A stretch of DNA of 63,585 bases from Octopus bimaculoides (lineage: Eukaryota). The stretch lies in contig NC_068983.1 of NCBI RefSeq assembly GCF_001194135.2, positions 124,560,668 to 124,624,252 of the forward strand, given 5' to 3'. The position numbers and the translations under genes were made by a program. The notes below the pieces were generated by a model. That model had not been told where the DNA came from and did not search any database. It saw only the letters and a list, made by a program, of their open reading frames with translations. Positions 49,790 through 62,379 of this stretch are shown one piece after another (within the stretch, counting starts at the first letter, position 1; each line of letters opens with the position of its first letter).

Positions 49790-50900
49790 GATACCAAGCT
49801 ACAAATTAGAGGCCCCATATCTCGGTGTGCAAGAGAAGACAGAATGTCATCAGTCTCTGCTTCTGCTTTCCACTTCCTGGCTGTCTTCACATCTGGTGGA
49901 TTACGCCTGATTTCCATGTCTGACTCTCTCAGCATCATCACCGTTCGTACCTTCCCTAGTTTATAAATTTCGACTATTGACGCCAGTAGTAACTGCAACG
50001 AACCTTTTTTTACGATAAAGAGATGAACTGTTCAATATCCGAGGTAGGCCTAGCTACTTTCTAATGAACACATTACATTTTTGTTCAATGATTTGAACTC
50101 GTGACAATGCTACCTCGTATATCAAAAGTGGCCAAGAATGTCGCGGATACAAGCCGAAGTGTAAGCACCAAATTTTATATTTACCTGGTAACTGAGTTAT
50201 CAATCACTGATAATCCAGCCACCGCTTATTCATAATTTCCATCTCGCGACTCCTATCTGACAATGTTCCAGCGTACACTCGCCCCAAGCTCAGGACGGGT
50301 TCTTCCTTGACTGTTGGAATGCTTTCTTCATCTATTTGAAACTTGACTACTTAACTTCTTTTTGCTTTCCCTTAATAAATGTCAGACTACGCAACTTTTT
50401 TGTTTTAAATCGCATCCTTGACCACTTCACAAGCTTTTCTAGTCTCAAGAGGGCACTTTGCATGATTTTATTGCCTGTTGATAGAAGTGTCACGTCATTC
50501 ATGAGGGCCTTCTTAGGCGATTGTACATGGGCGATTTGTTCCGAAACATCCAAGGCTTTCAAAATAATCTCCACGACTAAGATGAACCACATGACAGATA
50601 ACGTGCAGCCAGCAGCAATGCCGATCTCCAATCGGTGCCAATCTGTTGTAAAATCTCCAGCTGTAAACCTCATCTCGAAACTGTCGTAATATATCCTCAT
50701 TAATTTGGTTACTTTGTCTGGAATGTGAAAGGGGTTCATGGCTCTCATCAGTAATTCGTGTGACACTGAACCATATGCATTAGCTAGGTCAAGCCATACC
50801 ACGTTTAAACTTGTCTTGTGCTGTTTGAAGTCTGGATCGTTTTCCAAGTCGAAAAACAGTGTTCAACACATTCCGGCCTTTTGAACAGATTCAACAACAT
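49790..50900 (-). mobile_element. HERO-like non-LTR retrotransposon RT fragment
   Basis: VVWLDLANAYGSVSH, WHRLEIGIAAGCTLS, KALMNDVTLL (degenerate FMDD), KWLGLPR, QLLLASIVEIYKLGKVRTVMMLRES, ARKWKAEAE; these motifs are typical of HERO-clade REL LINEs (recalled, not searched). Confidence 0.8.
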
Positions 50901-51464
50901 AACCATTACTCTGTAATCTTGTTAAATTTCTTTCAGGCACTTTTTGATCCCTGAAGTAGTTTTGCATGATGATGATTGAAACCACATTTATTTTCTCTAG
51001 AAGTTAATAAAAAGTTACGAGCATTTAAAAATTATGTAACTTTTGCCAGTTGGAAGCCTCCATTGGTGACAGTTGTCTGGCTCTAAGGAAATCAGATGAG
51101 ACAAAGATGAAAGTTTTATGTGGTCTCCCGACCTACTAGAAATAGCAGTCATATCTGCTAACGCCAAATGAAAAAAAAAGGACGATAAATTATTTAACGT
51201 AGCTGTGAGTAGACTCTCTTAAAATAAGATGGAACTGATTTTAATGTCATTGGTCACACATTAACTTCATCAAAAATTAGTTTTCTTCATTCATAACTAG
51301 AACACCAATCCATCGTAAATTTGCTGCAATAAAGAATATACATAGCATATGTATTCATAAACACATTGTTTCTATTATATGCAATGGTACCATTAATCAC
51401 AGAGTTAAGGCACCTTATAATAAATAGAAAAGAAGTACTCAGCGTATTTTGAGATACAGTTTGT

Positions 51465-51870
51465 AATATTAGTCTTCAAATTTTGGGGCTAAGGGGATAA
51501 GTCGATTGCGTCACCTCCCCCACCACTGCTCATCTTGTACTTATTGTATCAACCCCGATGTGATGAAACGCAAAATCAACATTAGCGGAATTTGAACTCA
51601 GGACGTGAAGACGGACCAAATGCCATTAAGCATTTTGCCAGTTGTGCTAACGACTGCGCCAGCTCGCCACGTTTTTTTAAGAACCTTTAATATTGATTTC
51701 AAATTCTGGCTCAAGGCCAGCAACTTCGAGCGAGGGAAAAAGTCGATTACATCGATTCCAGTGTTCAACTGGTACTTATTTTATCGACGTGATGAAAGGC
51801 AAAGTCGGAGAACGAAATGCCGCTAAGCATTTTGTCCGGCGTGCTAACGATTCTGCCAGGTCACCGCCTT
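51465..51870 (-). mobile_element. Two tandem SINE family C copies
   Basis: Copies at ~51465-51668 and 51688-51870 with the same head and central domain. Confidence 0.85.
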
Positions 51871-52199
51871 TGAAGGGCATGTAATATTAAATATTGATGA
51901 CGACTCGGCCCACTCTGCCCACCCGTGGAGCACCCGCCGGGCGAGAGACCTTGACAAGGTGTTCTAGCTTCATTCACGCCGTTCTCATTTCTATTTTTAT
52001 TTGACATTTCAGCACTCATGTGTGTTTAATGTTTATACCGTTATATAATGTGTTGTACGTTTTCTTTTGTACGTTATAGTGTAGTTTAAGGGGAAAATTT
52101 GGTTACTATTTCTATCCAGGAGATATCATCTTCGCTGTCTTATTTTTGTGGCTTCCGATTGTCTAAAAACGTAATCGTAAAATTTATCAAATTTCTCGA

Positions 52200-52232
<33 letters not shown>

Positions 52233-52477
52233 GAACGTATTTTTCGGCATCATCATGCAACAATACATGAGTGTAGGAAATTAGTAAAAAATATAATGAA
52301 AATTCGAAATACTTCAAGTGGTTTGAAAGAATTTAATAAGTTCCCTTAAGTAGCTTAATCAGAGATTAGTCTAATATCATACGTTAGCTCTGTATCTTAC
52401 TCAGTACATGAATATACGCACAAAGACTCCAGCACATACATACATTCAACCCCACATATATGTGTGTGTGCGTATTT

Positions 52478-52678
52478 TTTATCGTTTCCTTGTTTCAGGC
52501 ATTTGACTGCGGCCATGCTGAGGCACCGAACAAATCTTTAAAGCGTAATAATTATTCTATCGGGTTGTATTGCCGAAGCGCTGGGTTGGGATGGGGTCAT
52601 AAACATACAAACACCGATTGTCAAGCAGTGATGGTGGTGGTGGTGGAACAAACACAGACACACAGACACATAGACACA

Positions 52679-52690
<12 letters not shown>
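52478..52690 (-). mobile_element. SINE family B 3' half
   Basis: Minus-strand tail GGTGCCTCAGCATGGCCGCAGTCAAATGCCTGAAACAAGG matches 2449-2490. Confidence 0.75.
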
Positions 52691-52719
<29 letters not shown>

Positions 52720-52722
52720 ATT

Positions 52723-52754
<32 letters not shown>

Positions 52755-53301
52755 GCAGTACCAGGCAGTGGCTCTCATGGCTTCTGATCTTAATTGATTG
52801 GAAGTGTTATCATGTACATTGTTTTGTCTTGGTATAAAAAGATGGGCTACAGCAAATATTCTGCTCAGTACCACAGGTTTGCTTGTCAGTCGTTTAACCT
52901 TAACCAGTTGAGCATGTCCCTTGGTGGCTGACGATATGTGCATCTATGATCACAAGCAGAAGTAGTGGGGGAGCATCATAGTCATGTGTTGAGAGGAATT
53001 CTTTGGGGTTTGAATAATTCACCTTTGTAAACATGGGTGTTTTGTTCAACATTCTTAAACAAACCTTATTCAGGGACCTTTTGAGCGGGATGGGCTACTC
53101 GACCTGAAAAAAATTCTAACTGGGCCCCACCAGCGAGGTCATGCACTGTTTATATTGATATGATATCACCATGTCGTGCACATATGGTTGTGATGCATGT
53201 GCCTGGTGTACCCTTATCAGACGGGTAGTCCTGATGGGTATACTGGGCTTCGTATATTTTACCCCAGTGTCACTTTGATGGCATGCATTGCTCTCTCACT
53301 C
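52755..53301 (+). mobile_element. ~550-bp non-coding retroposed element flanked on both sides by (AAT)n
   Basis: Ends ...CAGTGTCACTTTGATGGCATGCATTGCTCTCTCACTC(AAT)n; the same 3' end recurs at 63269-63304. Confidence 0.65.
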
Positions 53302-53326
53302 AATAATAATAATAATAATAATAATA

Positions 53327-54040
53327 CTGGTTGTTGTGCAGCCTAAAATTCACTAACTCTCATCATGAGTGCTGAAATATCAAATAAAAATAGAAATGAG
53401 AACGGCGTGAATGAAGCTGGAACACCCTGTGAAGGTGTCTCACCCGGCGGGTGCTCCATGGAGGGACAGCGTGGGCCGAGTCGTCTTCAAGCAACAGCTA
53501 AAAGAAGGTGGACGAAAGAATGTTATTGTGCTACTTTCTGGGTAATCGAAGAAACGATAATGAAGAGCCCGCTAGGGGATATAGAAGAAGAATGTACAGG
53601 GTATGGAGCGACAGAGGCCTATTTGAATTAAGTGAATAAAATCTGTGTGACCAAGCTAGAGCTATCAGAAAGAACGAATGGTGATCTCCAGTTGAACTAG
53701 AAAGCATTAAGACACGGGTGCTTCGGAACAGTAAGACAAACGGTGAACGGTAGGAGGAGGAAGAGAATGCAGATAGAGAAACTATGGCAGTGGAGTTAAC
53801 GGAAGAAAATGAGCATGAGGCTGACTTTATTGATTAGGCAAGCGATGAGACAACCGAGGAACAAATATTCATTTTAAATGAAATCATTGATATTTGGACT
53901 TCAGGTGAACAGAGCTTTAATACGGGGTTCAAAAAATTAGACTGACAATATCAAAGAAACCAACGATCTGATAAACGCAATTTCGACCTTTATAGCCCGG
54001 AAGTTAGGTTTGAAAGCCAAAGGTAAATGTCAACATAACG
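53327..54040 (+). mobile_element. R4/Dong-like LINE 5' (N-terminal) fragment inserted in (AAT)n
   Basis: KRRWTKE..., GLFELSEXNLCDQARAIRKNEW...ELESIK, typical of R4/Dong ORF N-termini. Confidence 0.75.
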
Positions 54041-54058
54041 TTTTGAATAATAACAATG

Positions 54059-54114
<56 letters not shown>

Positions 54115-54394
54115 GTTACTCAAAGAACGCAAACCTCCGCTTAGGCAACAACAACGTTCTCTCAACGGTTAGTCGGAGATGATTTATAAAATGAGAATAT
54201 CGACTGCTCTCACAAACGAGAATACAAAAAATGAACCCGACCGCTCTCAAAAGTTAGATGAAAAAAAAAAAACGGCAAAATAATCCAGAATCCTTGTCCC
54301 GTATCTGATCGATCCCAATGATAGTCATGGAATGTGAAGTTGGGTGTGCGTGCCGTGTTTGTAATGCTGTGTGTGTGTGTCGTTTGCAGTGGGA

Positions 54395-54575
54395 ACAGTT
54401 TTTTCTATGAAGGCCTTTTTTAGTCTATCCACTGATATAGTATCTTTACGATCATTAATGTCTATAGTGAACAATTTATCCGTGCGTGAAAGAAAACAGA
54501 AAGGACCTGCATACGGCGCTGTTAACCGAGGTTTAACAACATCGTTGCGCACAAAAAGCGTGAGTCCAAGAGTTA
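54395..54575 (-). mobile_element. Gypsy/Ty3 integrase C-terminal (GPY/F) fragment
   Basis: LFVRNDVVKPRLTAPYAGPFCFLSRTDKLFTIDINDRKDTISVDRLKKAF. Confidence 0.85.
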
Positions 54576-54634
54576 AAGCTTCCTTCAAGGCAGAGCTAGA
54601 TATGCAATTGTCAAGTAGGTTTTAAACACATTTT

Positions 54635-55036
54635 TTCTCCATTGAAAGCACGCTCAAGGTTTCCACGTAAGTTATGGCAGCGTTGCTGTTTCCGAAGTTT
54701 TATTTTCGTTTCTCTGTTATTAATTTTACTCACGTTTCTATCTTAGTAGAACTAGGTGGATAAAGAAATCAAACTACTTTAACACATTGGTAAAACTAAA
54801 AATTGTCTACGATAAATTAAATTTATTACCGTTACTGAATATGTCAGTGTTATTTAATTTCTGAACGGTTTTATTGTTGTTTGTTAAAGTAGAAGTAGGT
54901 TGATTTCTTTATTCACCTGTTTCTATTAAGATAGAAACGTGAGTAAAATTAATAATAGGGAAACGAAAATAAAACTTCGAAAACAGCAACGCCGCGATAA
55001 CTTAGTGGAAAAATTGAGCGTGCTTTCAAGGGAGAT
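54635..55036. repeat. Fold-back inverted repeat (~145-bp arms, ~110-bp spacer), MITE-like
   Basis: 54635-54779 is the reverse complement of 54893-55036 (e.g. TTGAAAGCACGCTCAA/TTGAGCGTGCTTTCAA; TAATTTTACTCACGTTTCTATCTTA/TAAGATAGAAACGTGAGTAAAATTA). Confidence 0.9.
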
Positions 55037-56329
55037 AATCAGAGAAAGACTTGAAAGTGAACGTAAGATCGTAATACTTCATGTAAAGTTAATATGACAA
55101 ATAATCCATAATCCTTGTCCGGTACCAGATCGATCCCTAAATCTAATCAGTTCGTGCCAGTCACGAGGTCAAACAACCCTGAAAGTTTCATTTGAATCTA
55201 TTCAGCGGTTCTTGAGATATCTTGTCCACGGACAAACAAACAAACACGACTGAAAGCAATATCTCTGCCTTCACTAAGGTGGAGGTAATAATAATAATTA
55301 TCTTCAAGATAAAATAGATTGATTAGAAAATCGAGCAGAAGTATTTAAGTGTTTTGCTTGTGCACAGTACGAAAAATAAAATAAGATCAAAACAAAACAA
55401 AAAGTGAAGAAGACACTGAAAAATAATTCTGTATGAATACCTAATGAATATTTACGAAGTGTCAAGTGAAACCCAAATCTCCACCTTAATAGTAAAAACG
55501 CTGTCACAATTATATATATCATAGAAAAACGAATGATTCTAACACCTGCGTGTGTCTTTAATCGAAACGATCTTAGAGGAAAAATTGTTGGACAGGCAGA
55601 TATAAAAGTATGACAAATATCAGAACAAGATTGGAAGAAATAATGAGATTGGTAATTATCAAACATCGGCACAATATGATAATGATCTAGAAAGATGACC
55701 GAAGTCAATTAAAACAACCCTGACAAAGGATCTAAAAGTATAGTTATCAAATTTAAGGGGTAAAATAGATGGTACAGCCGACGATTTTAGAAATTTCAAA
55801 CGAGATACTTCTATATCTAGTGACAGAACAGAATGTTTTAAAGTAGACACACTCTATTAAATATAATGGAGTTAGGCGAAATTCATGGGAACCAGAAAAC
55901 TTAGCAGGAGACAACAGAGGATAGAAGTCAATATAAGTAAAAGGTATCATGAAGACAAAAGGCTTTGAGTTGGGAGAGAGTAAATAAAATAGAAAATAAG
56001 ACAGGATGGTCGGAATAACAAGGAGATCTAGTTATCTGGGTAAGTACTCGTATTAGATCAACATTAAGAAAATAACAAGAAGCCTGCAAATCTCATTGTA
56101 TGTAATAAAAAAGGAAAAAGAAAGAATTCAACAATTTATAAAATACATAATATTCACTTCTCCTTGGGAGTAAACAACTTATAAAAGACAAATTACTAGA
56201 GTGGTAGCAAAATAGCTTGACTATACGGTAGGTAAACCCATGCAAAGTAAACATACACTGATAGAAAAAAGGAAATAGAAGAAAGCTTTCAGAACTTGAG
56301 ATGGAAAGTGAGACAACTTCCGCTTGTTA

Positions 56330-57260
56330 AAGGAGATGCAATAAGGAAAGAAAGAGATTTTATGACATTAGAACAAAAAAGACAATGTTAAAAACGAAAA
56401 GAAGAATAAATGGTGTAATTGAAGAACTCAGACAAAGAGTAACAATAAAGGCAGCTAAGATAAAATGATATATAATATATATTAGTCAGACATAGCAGAG
56501 CAGGTTGTTTCAAAATAATCGGAGGATGTTGTTTAAAAATTGCAGGATTAATGAGACAAACAGAAAAGCATTTATCACTACTATAGAAATAGTTAATTGC
56601 TTGCGGATAAGTTCTATGCACCATTAGTGGAGGAGAATTCAATCTCTAACGAAAATAAAGTGTCTAGAGACATTCAAGACGATACAACAGGCCAAATGTT
56701 AATTGATAAGTCGATCATAAAAATTGCAAATGACGAACTAGTTTTGTAAAGAGGTGAAGCGGTTACAATAAATCATGACAAAACTCTTGAGTTCTGAAAA
56801 CACTAAAATATTTAAAATTGTAGTTAATATCGCTGATCTGCTTAGACCAATCCTGGAAAATTGAGAAATATATCGTTGAGAGCAATCCTAGTATTTGTTA
56901 TTGCTCTTATCCTACTCATCCTAGAACTGTGAAACGTAAAATCCCAGCACAGGCTTGGAAATGTTCCGGAGATAGCTAACCCCTTGCTATCCATAGATGA
57001 CCTATGATTATTTTTGTCAAAACTGATAAAAATTTTGATGGATCTCTCGGTACTGTAGCATTGTTTAGGGATAACCTTAGTAATGTGTTATTTCCATCTG
57101 TAAGATCGCTGTGATGAAGAAAGTAACATCATAAAAAAAGTAAACTAAATAGATCTATTGAACGAGAGAAGATCGTGGGAGATTGATAACACCGATGGAT
57201 ATAAGTACCTCGAAGTCTTGCCCAGAATCAGGAGAGAATATTTCGAAAGAAAACGTTATG
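56330..57260 (+). mobile_element. Degenerate R4/Dong-like LINE central fragments
   Basis: GVIEELRQRVTIKAAKIK, QSRLFQNNRRMLFK, EIDNTDGYKYLEVL; large internal deletions. Confidence 0.7.
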
Positions 57261-57747
57261 GTATAAATGTCAATAATTTCTGTAAATTCTATTGTGAGTA
57301 AATGTGGACTTACGTTTGTCAGCTCTTTAACCATTGCACACTACAGTTTGTTTTGTCAAAAATGGCAATAATTGTCGTGTAGATATTCTAACACTTCTTT
57401 ACTACATTCATTACGCTCTCTCTCTCTCTTTATNNNNNNNNNNNNNNNNNNNNNNNNNNNNNNNNNNNNNNNNNNNNNNNNNNNNNNNNNNNNNNNNNNN
57501 NNNNNNNNNNNNNNNNNNNNNNNNNNNNNNNNNNNNNNNNNNNNNNNNNNNNNNNNNNNNNNNNNNNNNNNNNNNNNNNNNNNNNNNNNNNNNNNNNNNN
57601 NNNNNNNNNNNNNNNNNNNNNNNNNNNNNNNNNNNNNNNNNNNNNNNNNNNNNNNNNNNNNNNNNNNNNNNNNNNNNNNNNNNNNNNNNNNNNNNNNNNN
57701 NNNNNNNNNNNNNNNNNNNNNNNNNNNNNNNNNNNNNNNNNNNNNNN

Positions 57748-57809
<62 letters not shown>

Positions 57810-58874
57810 CACACACACACATATATATATATTTACATATGCATATTTATATATATATGTATATGCATATATATATATATGCATATATATAAATATCTTT
57901 ACATACGCATATTTACATATATGTTTATGCATTTGTGTGTGTATGTGTTTGTGAGTGTGTTTGATAATTGGCTTCTGTTGCAATTCAGGTCTTTTACATC
58001 ATACTGTCTTCTGGGAATATATTTTCTTGAGGCTTAAGATTGGTTTTACATTAATATTGGAGAATTTTCAACAGAATTATATACGATTTTCATTAAAGCT
58101 CACTTACAATCAACATATACATTCATTCAAGTAGAAAGATAGAGTTAATACTACCTCTTATTAACAACTTGTCTTCGACTTAATGGAAGCAAAACTGTTC
58201 CCATAACATGAAAAATTGTAGAAGAAACTCGCTCATATACCATAGGACATCGAGTTGCAAATTCTGTTTAACTCAGTCATTCCAAATAATGAGACACCCA
58301 GCTAAATCATTTAGCAGAACGTACAATGTCACATACCGCTTTCAATCAGGGAAGCTATTTTGTCTGGATTGTAACTTGCCAAAATTTTGAGCTACTTCAC
58401 ATTTTTCAAACCGAGAAGATTAATTATCTCTGTGAAAACCATCTGAACACCTTTCTGTCTCTTACACCCTTGCATTAAATTGGTAATTATTGTAGTAGTT
58501 AACCGTTAATATTAGCAACACCAACAACTACTACTCGACACAATATTTTACCAGTTCGTTCTTCAGAAATGAGAAACTGGCAGTATGTATTAACAGGTCT
58601 TTCCTAATGAACATATAAACTCGGATATATATGTTTAGTTCATTCTATTTTGTTTCTAAGTTCAAATTTATTCACAAACACTCACAGAAACATTCAGACA
58701 TATACAGACACAAACGCACAGACCGACAAACACACATAAACTTATCAAACGGGATTGTTTGGGGGAAGTTAATTTAAAGATGAGTAAGAGAAAATACGAG
58801 GATGGCTATAGACAGAATAAATATAGCTTTCGTGTTCTGGGAGTCCCATTTAAAGCACCATAATATAAAACTAT

Positions 58875-59100
58875 TAGATTGAACTTGTCTGTCCAGCGCT
58901 AATGAGATTCGTCATTCAATAATTTTGCCTTAGGTTTCAACTTCACCCAATATTTTGGCCGCTTGGATCACTGATCAAACCACCATAAAAATATACGTTT
59001 CTTACATCAAAGTCTAAAACTCACAGAGAAAACGGTTTCCCAATTTGTTATCTTGTCGTCGTTCAGGCTCGAGGTTTAACTTCCGTGGTTTTATTTATAT
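58875..59100. repeat. ~200-bp repeat, copy 1 (direct copy at 61443-61645)
   Basis: Shared AATGAGATTCG, TCAACTTCACCCAATATTTTGGCCGC, AACTCACAGAGAAA, TTGTCG.CGTTCAGG, TTCCGTGGTTTT. Confidence 0.85.
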
Positions 59101-59288
59101 TTAATGTTCATATTTCTTTATAACAGCTGTTGATTATGTCATTTTGTTATTGAATATATGACAATGAATAAGGTATACTTTTTGAATGTCCAGGCATTCT
59201 TATGTAACGCAGTCTCAAAATTATTAAGACTAGATAATAGAGACGAGGATTTTGACAAAAGTTTAATTTGGTAGTGATTGATTCCACT

Positions 59289-59364
<76 letters not shown>

Positions 59365-60091
59365 ATATATATATATATATATATAATACAGGATATGTCT
59401 GTCTGTGTGTTTGTCATGTCGTTAAAACACGAGATCTACATAACCGATTTTAATGAAATTTTACACATGCATTACATGGAGTGAGTGTCATGGGCCAAAA
59501 AAGTTCCAACTTCTTGCCTAATGCGGGCCCAAAAGCAGATAAACAGCATGTTTTGTGCATTTTCGCAGCGTTAAGGTCCGTGTTTTGAAGAGCATTCAGT
59601 CAATTTACTCCAAATTTGCAACAAACATTATTTAGGCTCCTCTGAAACTACTTATGCGTTATAAGTAGCGTATAATATTTCATGAAAATCCTTTTGTCCA
59701 ATTGGTAGAAGAAATGAGAAGAACATAAAAATTTTTGTCGGCGCCCTGTTGATGCTTCATGTTACCATCCTGCGCTCCACCGGGTCATGTGCGTGTGTGT
59801 GCGGCTGGGTAAAGGCATAACAGACCCATTCATCTATTCTCCAGACGTGCCCTGCTGATGTTTCACGTTTCCAATCCTGCGCAACTTTGCATGGCCCGGC
59901 AGCATGCTTGCTTCCTATGTCATCCATATCTGAACTATATAATGCAATATGTTCATACAAAAATACGAACTGCTGCTGTGACTCATAGCCATTTGAGTTT
60001 CACCACGTGACTACTTCCGGAAGCCTTGCTTGCTACCTGGGATTAGTCCCCCCGCTGTGTTCCCTTCCCCATTTAATAGGACAAGTAAATA

Positions 60092-60576
60092 CAAGGTGTC
60101 CCAGAATTAATGATGATTTGAGTAAAATCGGATGCATTTTTTAATAACTCACTTTTATTTATGTTTATCATGTTTAATATGTATTACAAGTGTATAAATT
60201 TGGAATTTTGCTTATAATTTTATTTTCATTCCTGTTGGACCCCTCATTTGTTCATGCCAGCTTTTTTTCAATTTGACAGCAGACATTTTCTTCATCTCCA
60301 TCCCCGAGATTGAGTAATAGTTTAGCTGGGCTTAAAGAACACATTCAGTTAGTAGTGCAAGAGCTAACTCCTGAAATGCTTCAAAATGTGTTTCAAAACT
60401 AAGGAGAGATTTGAAGTATGCAAGGATACAAACATGTTGAACATGAAAGTTTGAACATAAAAGTTTGACGTAAGATTTATAAATCTATTTGTTTTGGAAA
60501 TAAACATAAAATTCTGACAGTTTTTTTTTTATTTGCTCAGTTTCATTGAAACAGATAGTCAATTCTGGAACATCTG
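60092..60576 (+). mobile_element. Internally deleted Tc1/mariner (MITE-like)
   Basis: TA TSDs; TIRs CAAGGTGTCCCAGAATT / AATTCTGGAACATCTG; transposase C-terminal remnant ELTPEMLQNVFQN. Confidence 0.7.
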
Positions 60577-60702
60577 TATGGTGTAGCGCTGTTAGTTGCG
60601 TTGCTCGAATGAATATTAAAATCAAAGGTCTTCTCGCCGTAAACATCCCATCTTTTTGTTACGCATATTGTATCAAGGAGTATATTTTCTCTCTCCTTTA
60701 TA

Positions 60703-60816
60703 GGCGTGGCTGTGTGGTTGAGAAGCATACTTTCCAACCATGTCACCTTGGGTTCAGTCCCAATGCACGGCACGTTGGGCAATTCTCTTTCATTACGTGC
60801 CGACCAAAGCCTTGTG
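60703..60816 (+). mobile_element. SINE family B 5' fragment nested in the Helitron
   Basis: AGGCGTGGCTGTGTGGTTGAGAAG...CCAACCATG...GGTTCAGTCCCA...CCGACCAAAGCCTTGTG. Confidence 0.75.
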
Positions 60817-61120
60817 TTTTATACAATTACCATTACTGTATTGACATATAAAATAACATATATAACTCACTTATTATTGTCATATAATAAACAGACAGAA
60901 GTTCGTGTATGAAATTGATTATTTTCCTACTTCAATTATTACATGTTTTTTTCTCTCGCAAAATACACACATACAGGAAGAGTAAATATATATAATAACA
61001 CTTTAAATGTGGCTCCCGAGAAAGAGTGAAAATAATTACCCGATCAACGACGGGTATTACTGCTAGTATGAAATAAAGTTGAGTTATGTCGTATCGACAT
61101 ATAACATACATGTTAACTAG

Positions 61121-61266
61121 CAGGGCCGGCTCAAGATACCGGCAACTCGGGCAATCGCACGAAGCGCCATGTGCTAGGGGGCACCAAGAACATTTCCACG
61201 ACCGTCAGCTTGTACACGCCGAAGTTCAACTTGCCTGCGGCGCCAGCAACCCTCGGATCGGCCCTA
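61121..61266. mobile_element. hAT-type MITE (146 bp)
   Basis: TIRs CAGGGCCGGCTC / GGATCGGCCCTA; 8-bp TSD TTAACTAG / ATGACTAG (6/8). Confidence 0.7.
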
Positions 61267-61647
61267 ATGACTAGATGGTTTCATGTACATATATCAAGGA
61301 ACCGACAGTTTGAGTATTGAGAGTGTGATTGTATTTTTTTACAAATCGGGTAATTGCTTACTGAATCCAATTTTAGTGTGTCAGATTAGATATAGCTTTC
61401 TGCTTCTGGAATCTCATTTATGAGCAGCAAGATGTAAAACTAATTGATTAAACTTGTTCAGAGCAAATGAGATTCGTTATCAACTTCACCCAATATTTTG
61501 GCCGCCTGGATCATTGATCAAAACAACCAGAAAAATATGTTTCCTAATGGTCTGTTAATAACTCACAGAGAAATTAACTGATTTCCATATTCGTTGTCTT
61601 GTCGGCGTTCAGGTTGGAAGTTTAATTTCCGTGGTTTTATTTAGATT

Positions 61648-61648
61648 C

Positions 61649-61683
<35 letters not shown>

Positions 61684-61694
61684 TAATAATAATG

Positions 61695-61752
<58 letters not shown>

Positions 61753-61789
61753 TAATAATAATGATAATAATAATAATAATGATAATAAC

Positions 61790-61830
<41 letters not shown>
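61648..61830. repeat. (AAT)n/(GAT) microsatellite
   Basis: Visible. Confidence 0.95.
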
Positions 61831-62379
61831 TTGTGTGTATCTTCATTGGCTCTTATGCCGTAAATACCAATGTGAAATAACAGAGAAGTGGTACGAGCAT
61901 GTACCAAGTAAAGTTTTGCAGGAGGATGGATGGAAAAGTAACGATATTCTGAGACTATGATTTCTAGACAGATCGTGTAATCGAACACTGTTGGCCGGAT
62001 ATTATCATAATGAGTAAGAGAGACAAATACTGTCAGATGTTGATGTAACCATACCAAATGACATGAACGTTGTGAGTAAAGAGGTTTGAAAGATCACCAA
62101 GTATTCCGAAATGAAATGGAAATGGCAAGACTGTATGGAATGCGAGAGGGTAATGTAAAAGTGATACCAGTGGTGATTGGAGCGTTGGGCTCAATCCAAT
62201 TGAAACTTCAAGATTTATTAAGGCAACTGGAAATCCCATGCAAGATTTATTTCTTGCAAAAAGCATCCTTATTGGGCACAGCGCACATCTTACGGAAAGT
62301 ATTATCTGTTTGAGGTCCTTGTTGTGATTTGACAGATGACTAAAGACTCTGGTGCATTTTTACCTACACTGTGTTACGA

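Larger units (their letters stand above)
54112..55290 (-). mobile_element. Helentron/HINE-type non-autonomous element carrying an internal insertion
   Basis: Minus 5' end TATTACCTCCACCTTAGTGAAGGCAGAG...GTTTGTTTGTTTGTCCG; subterminal inverted ACCTCCGC; 3' end GCCTAAGCGGAGGTTTGCGTTCTTTGAGT; ~40-bp direct repeat at 54276-54316 and 55098-55137 brackets the insert. Confidence 0.7.
59360..61066 (+). mobile_element. Non-autonomous Helitron with nested elements
   Basis: 5' TC followed by (TA)n-TAATACAGGATATGTCTGTCTGTGTG...ACCGATTTTAATGAAATTTTACAC; 3' hairpin TACCCG-ATCAACGA-CGGGTA (61037-61056) then CTAG|T (61063-61067). Confidence 0.75.
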
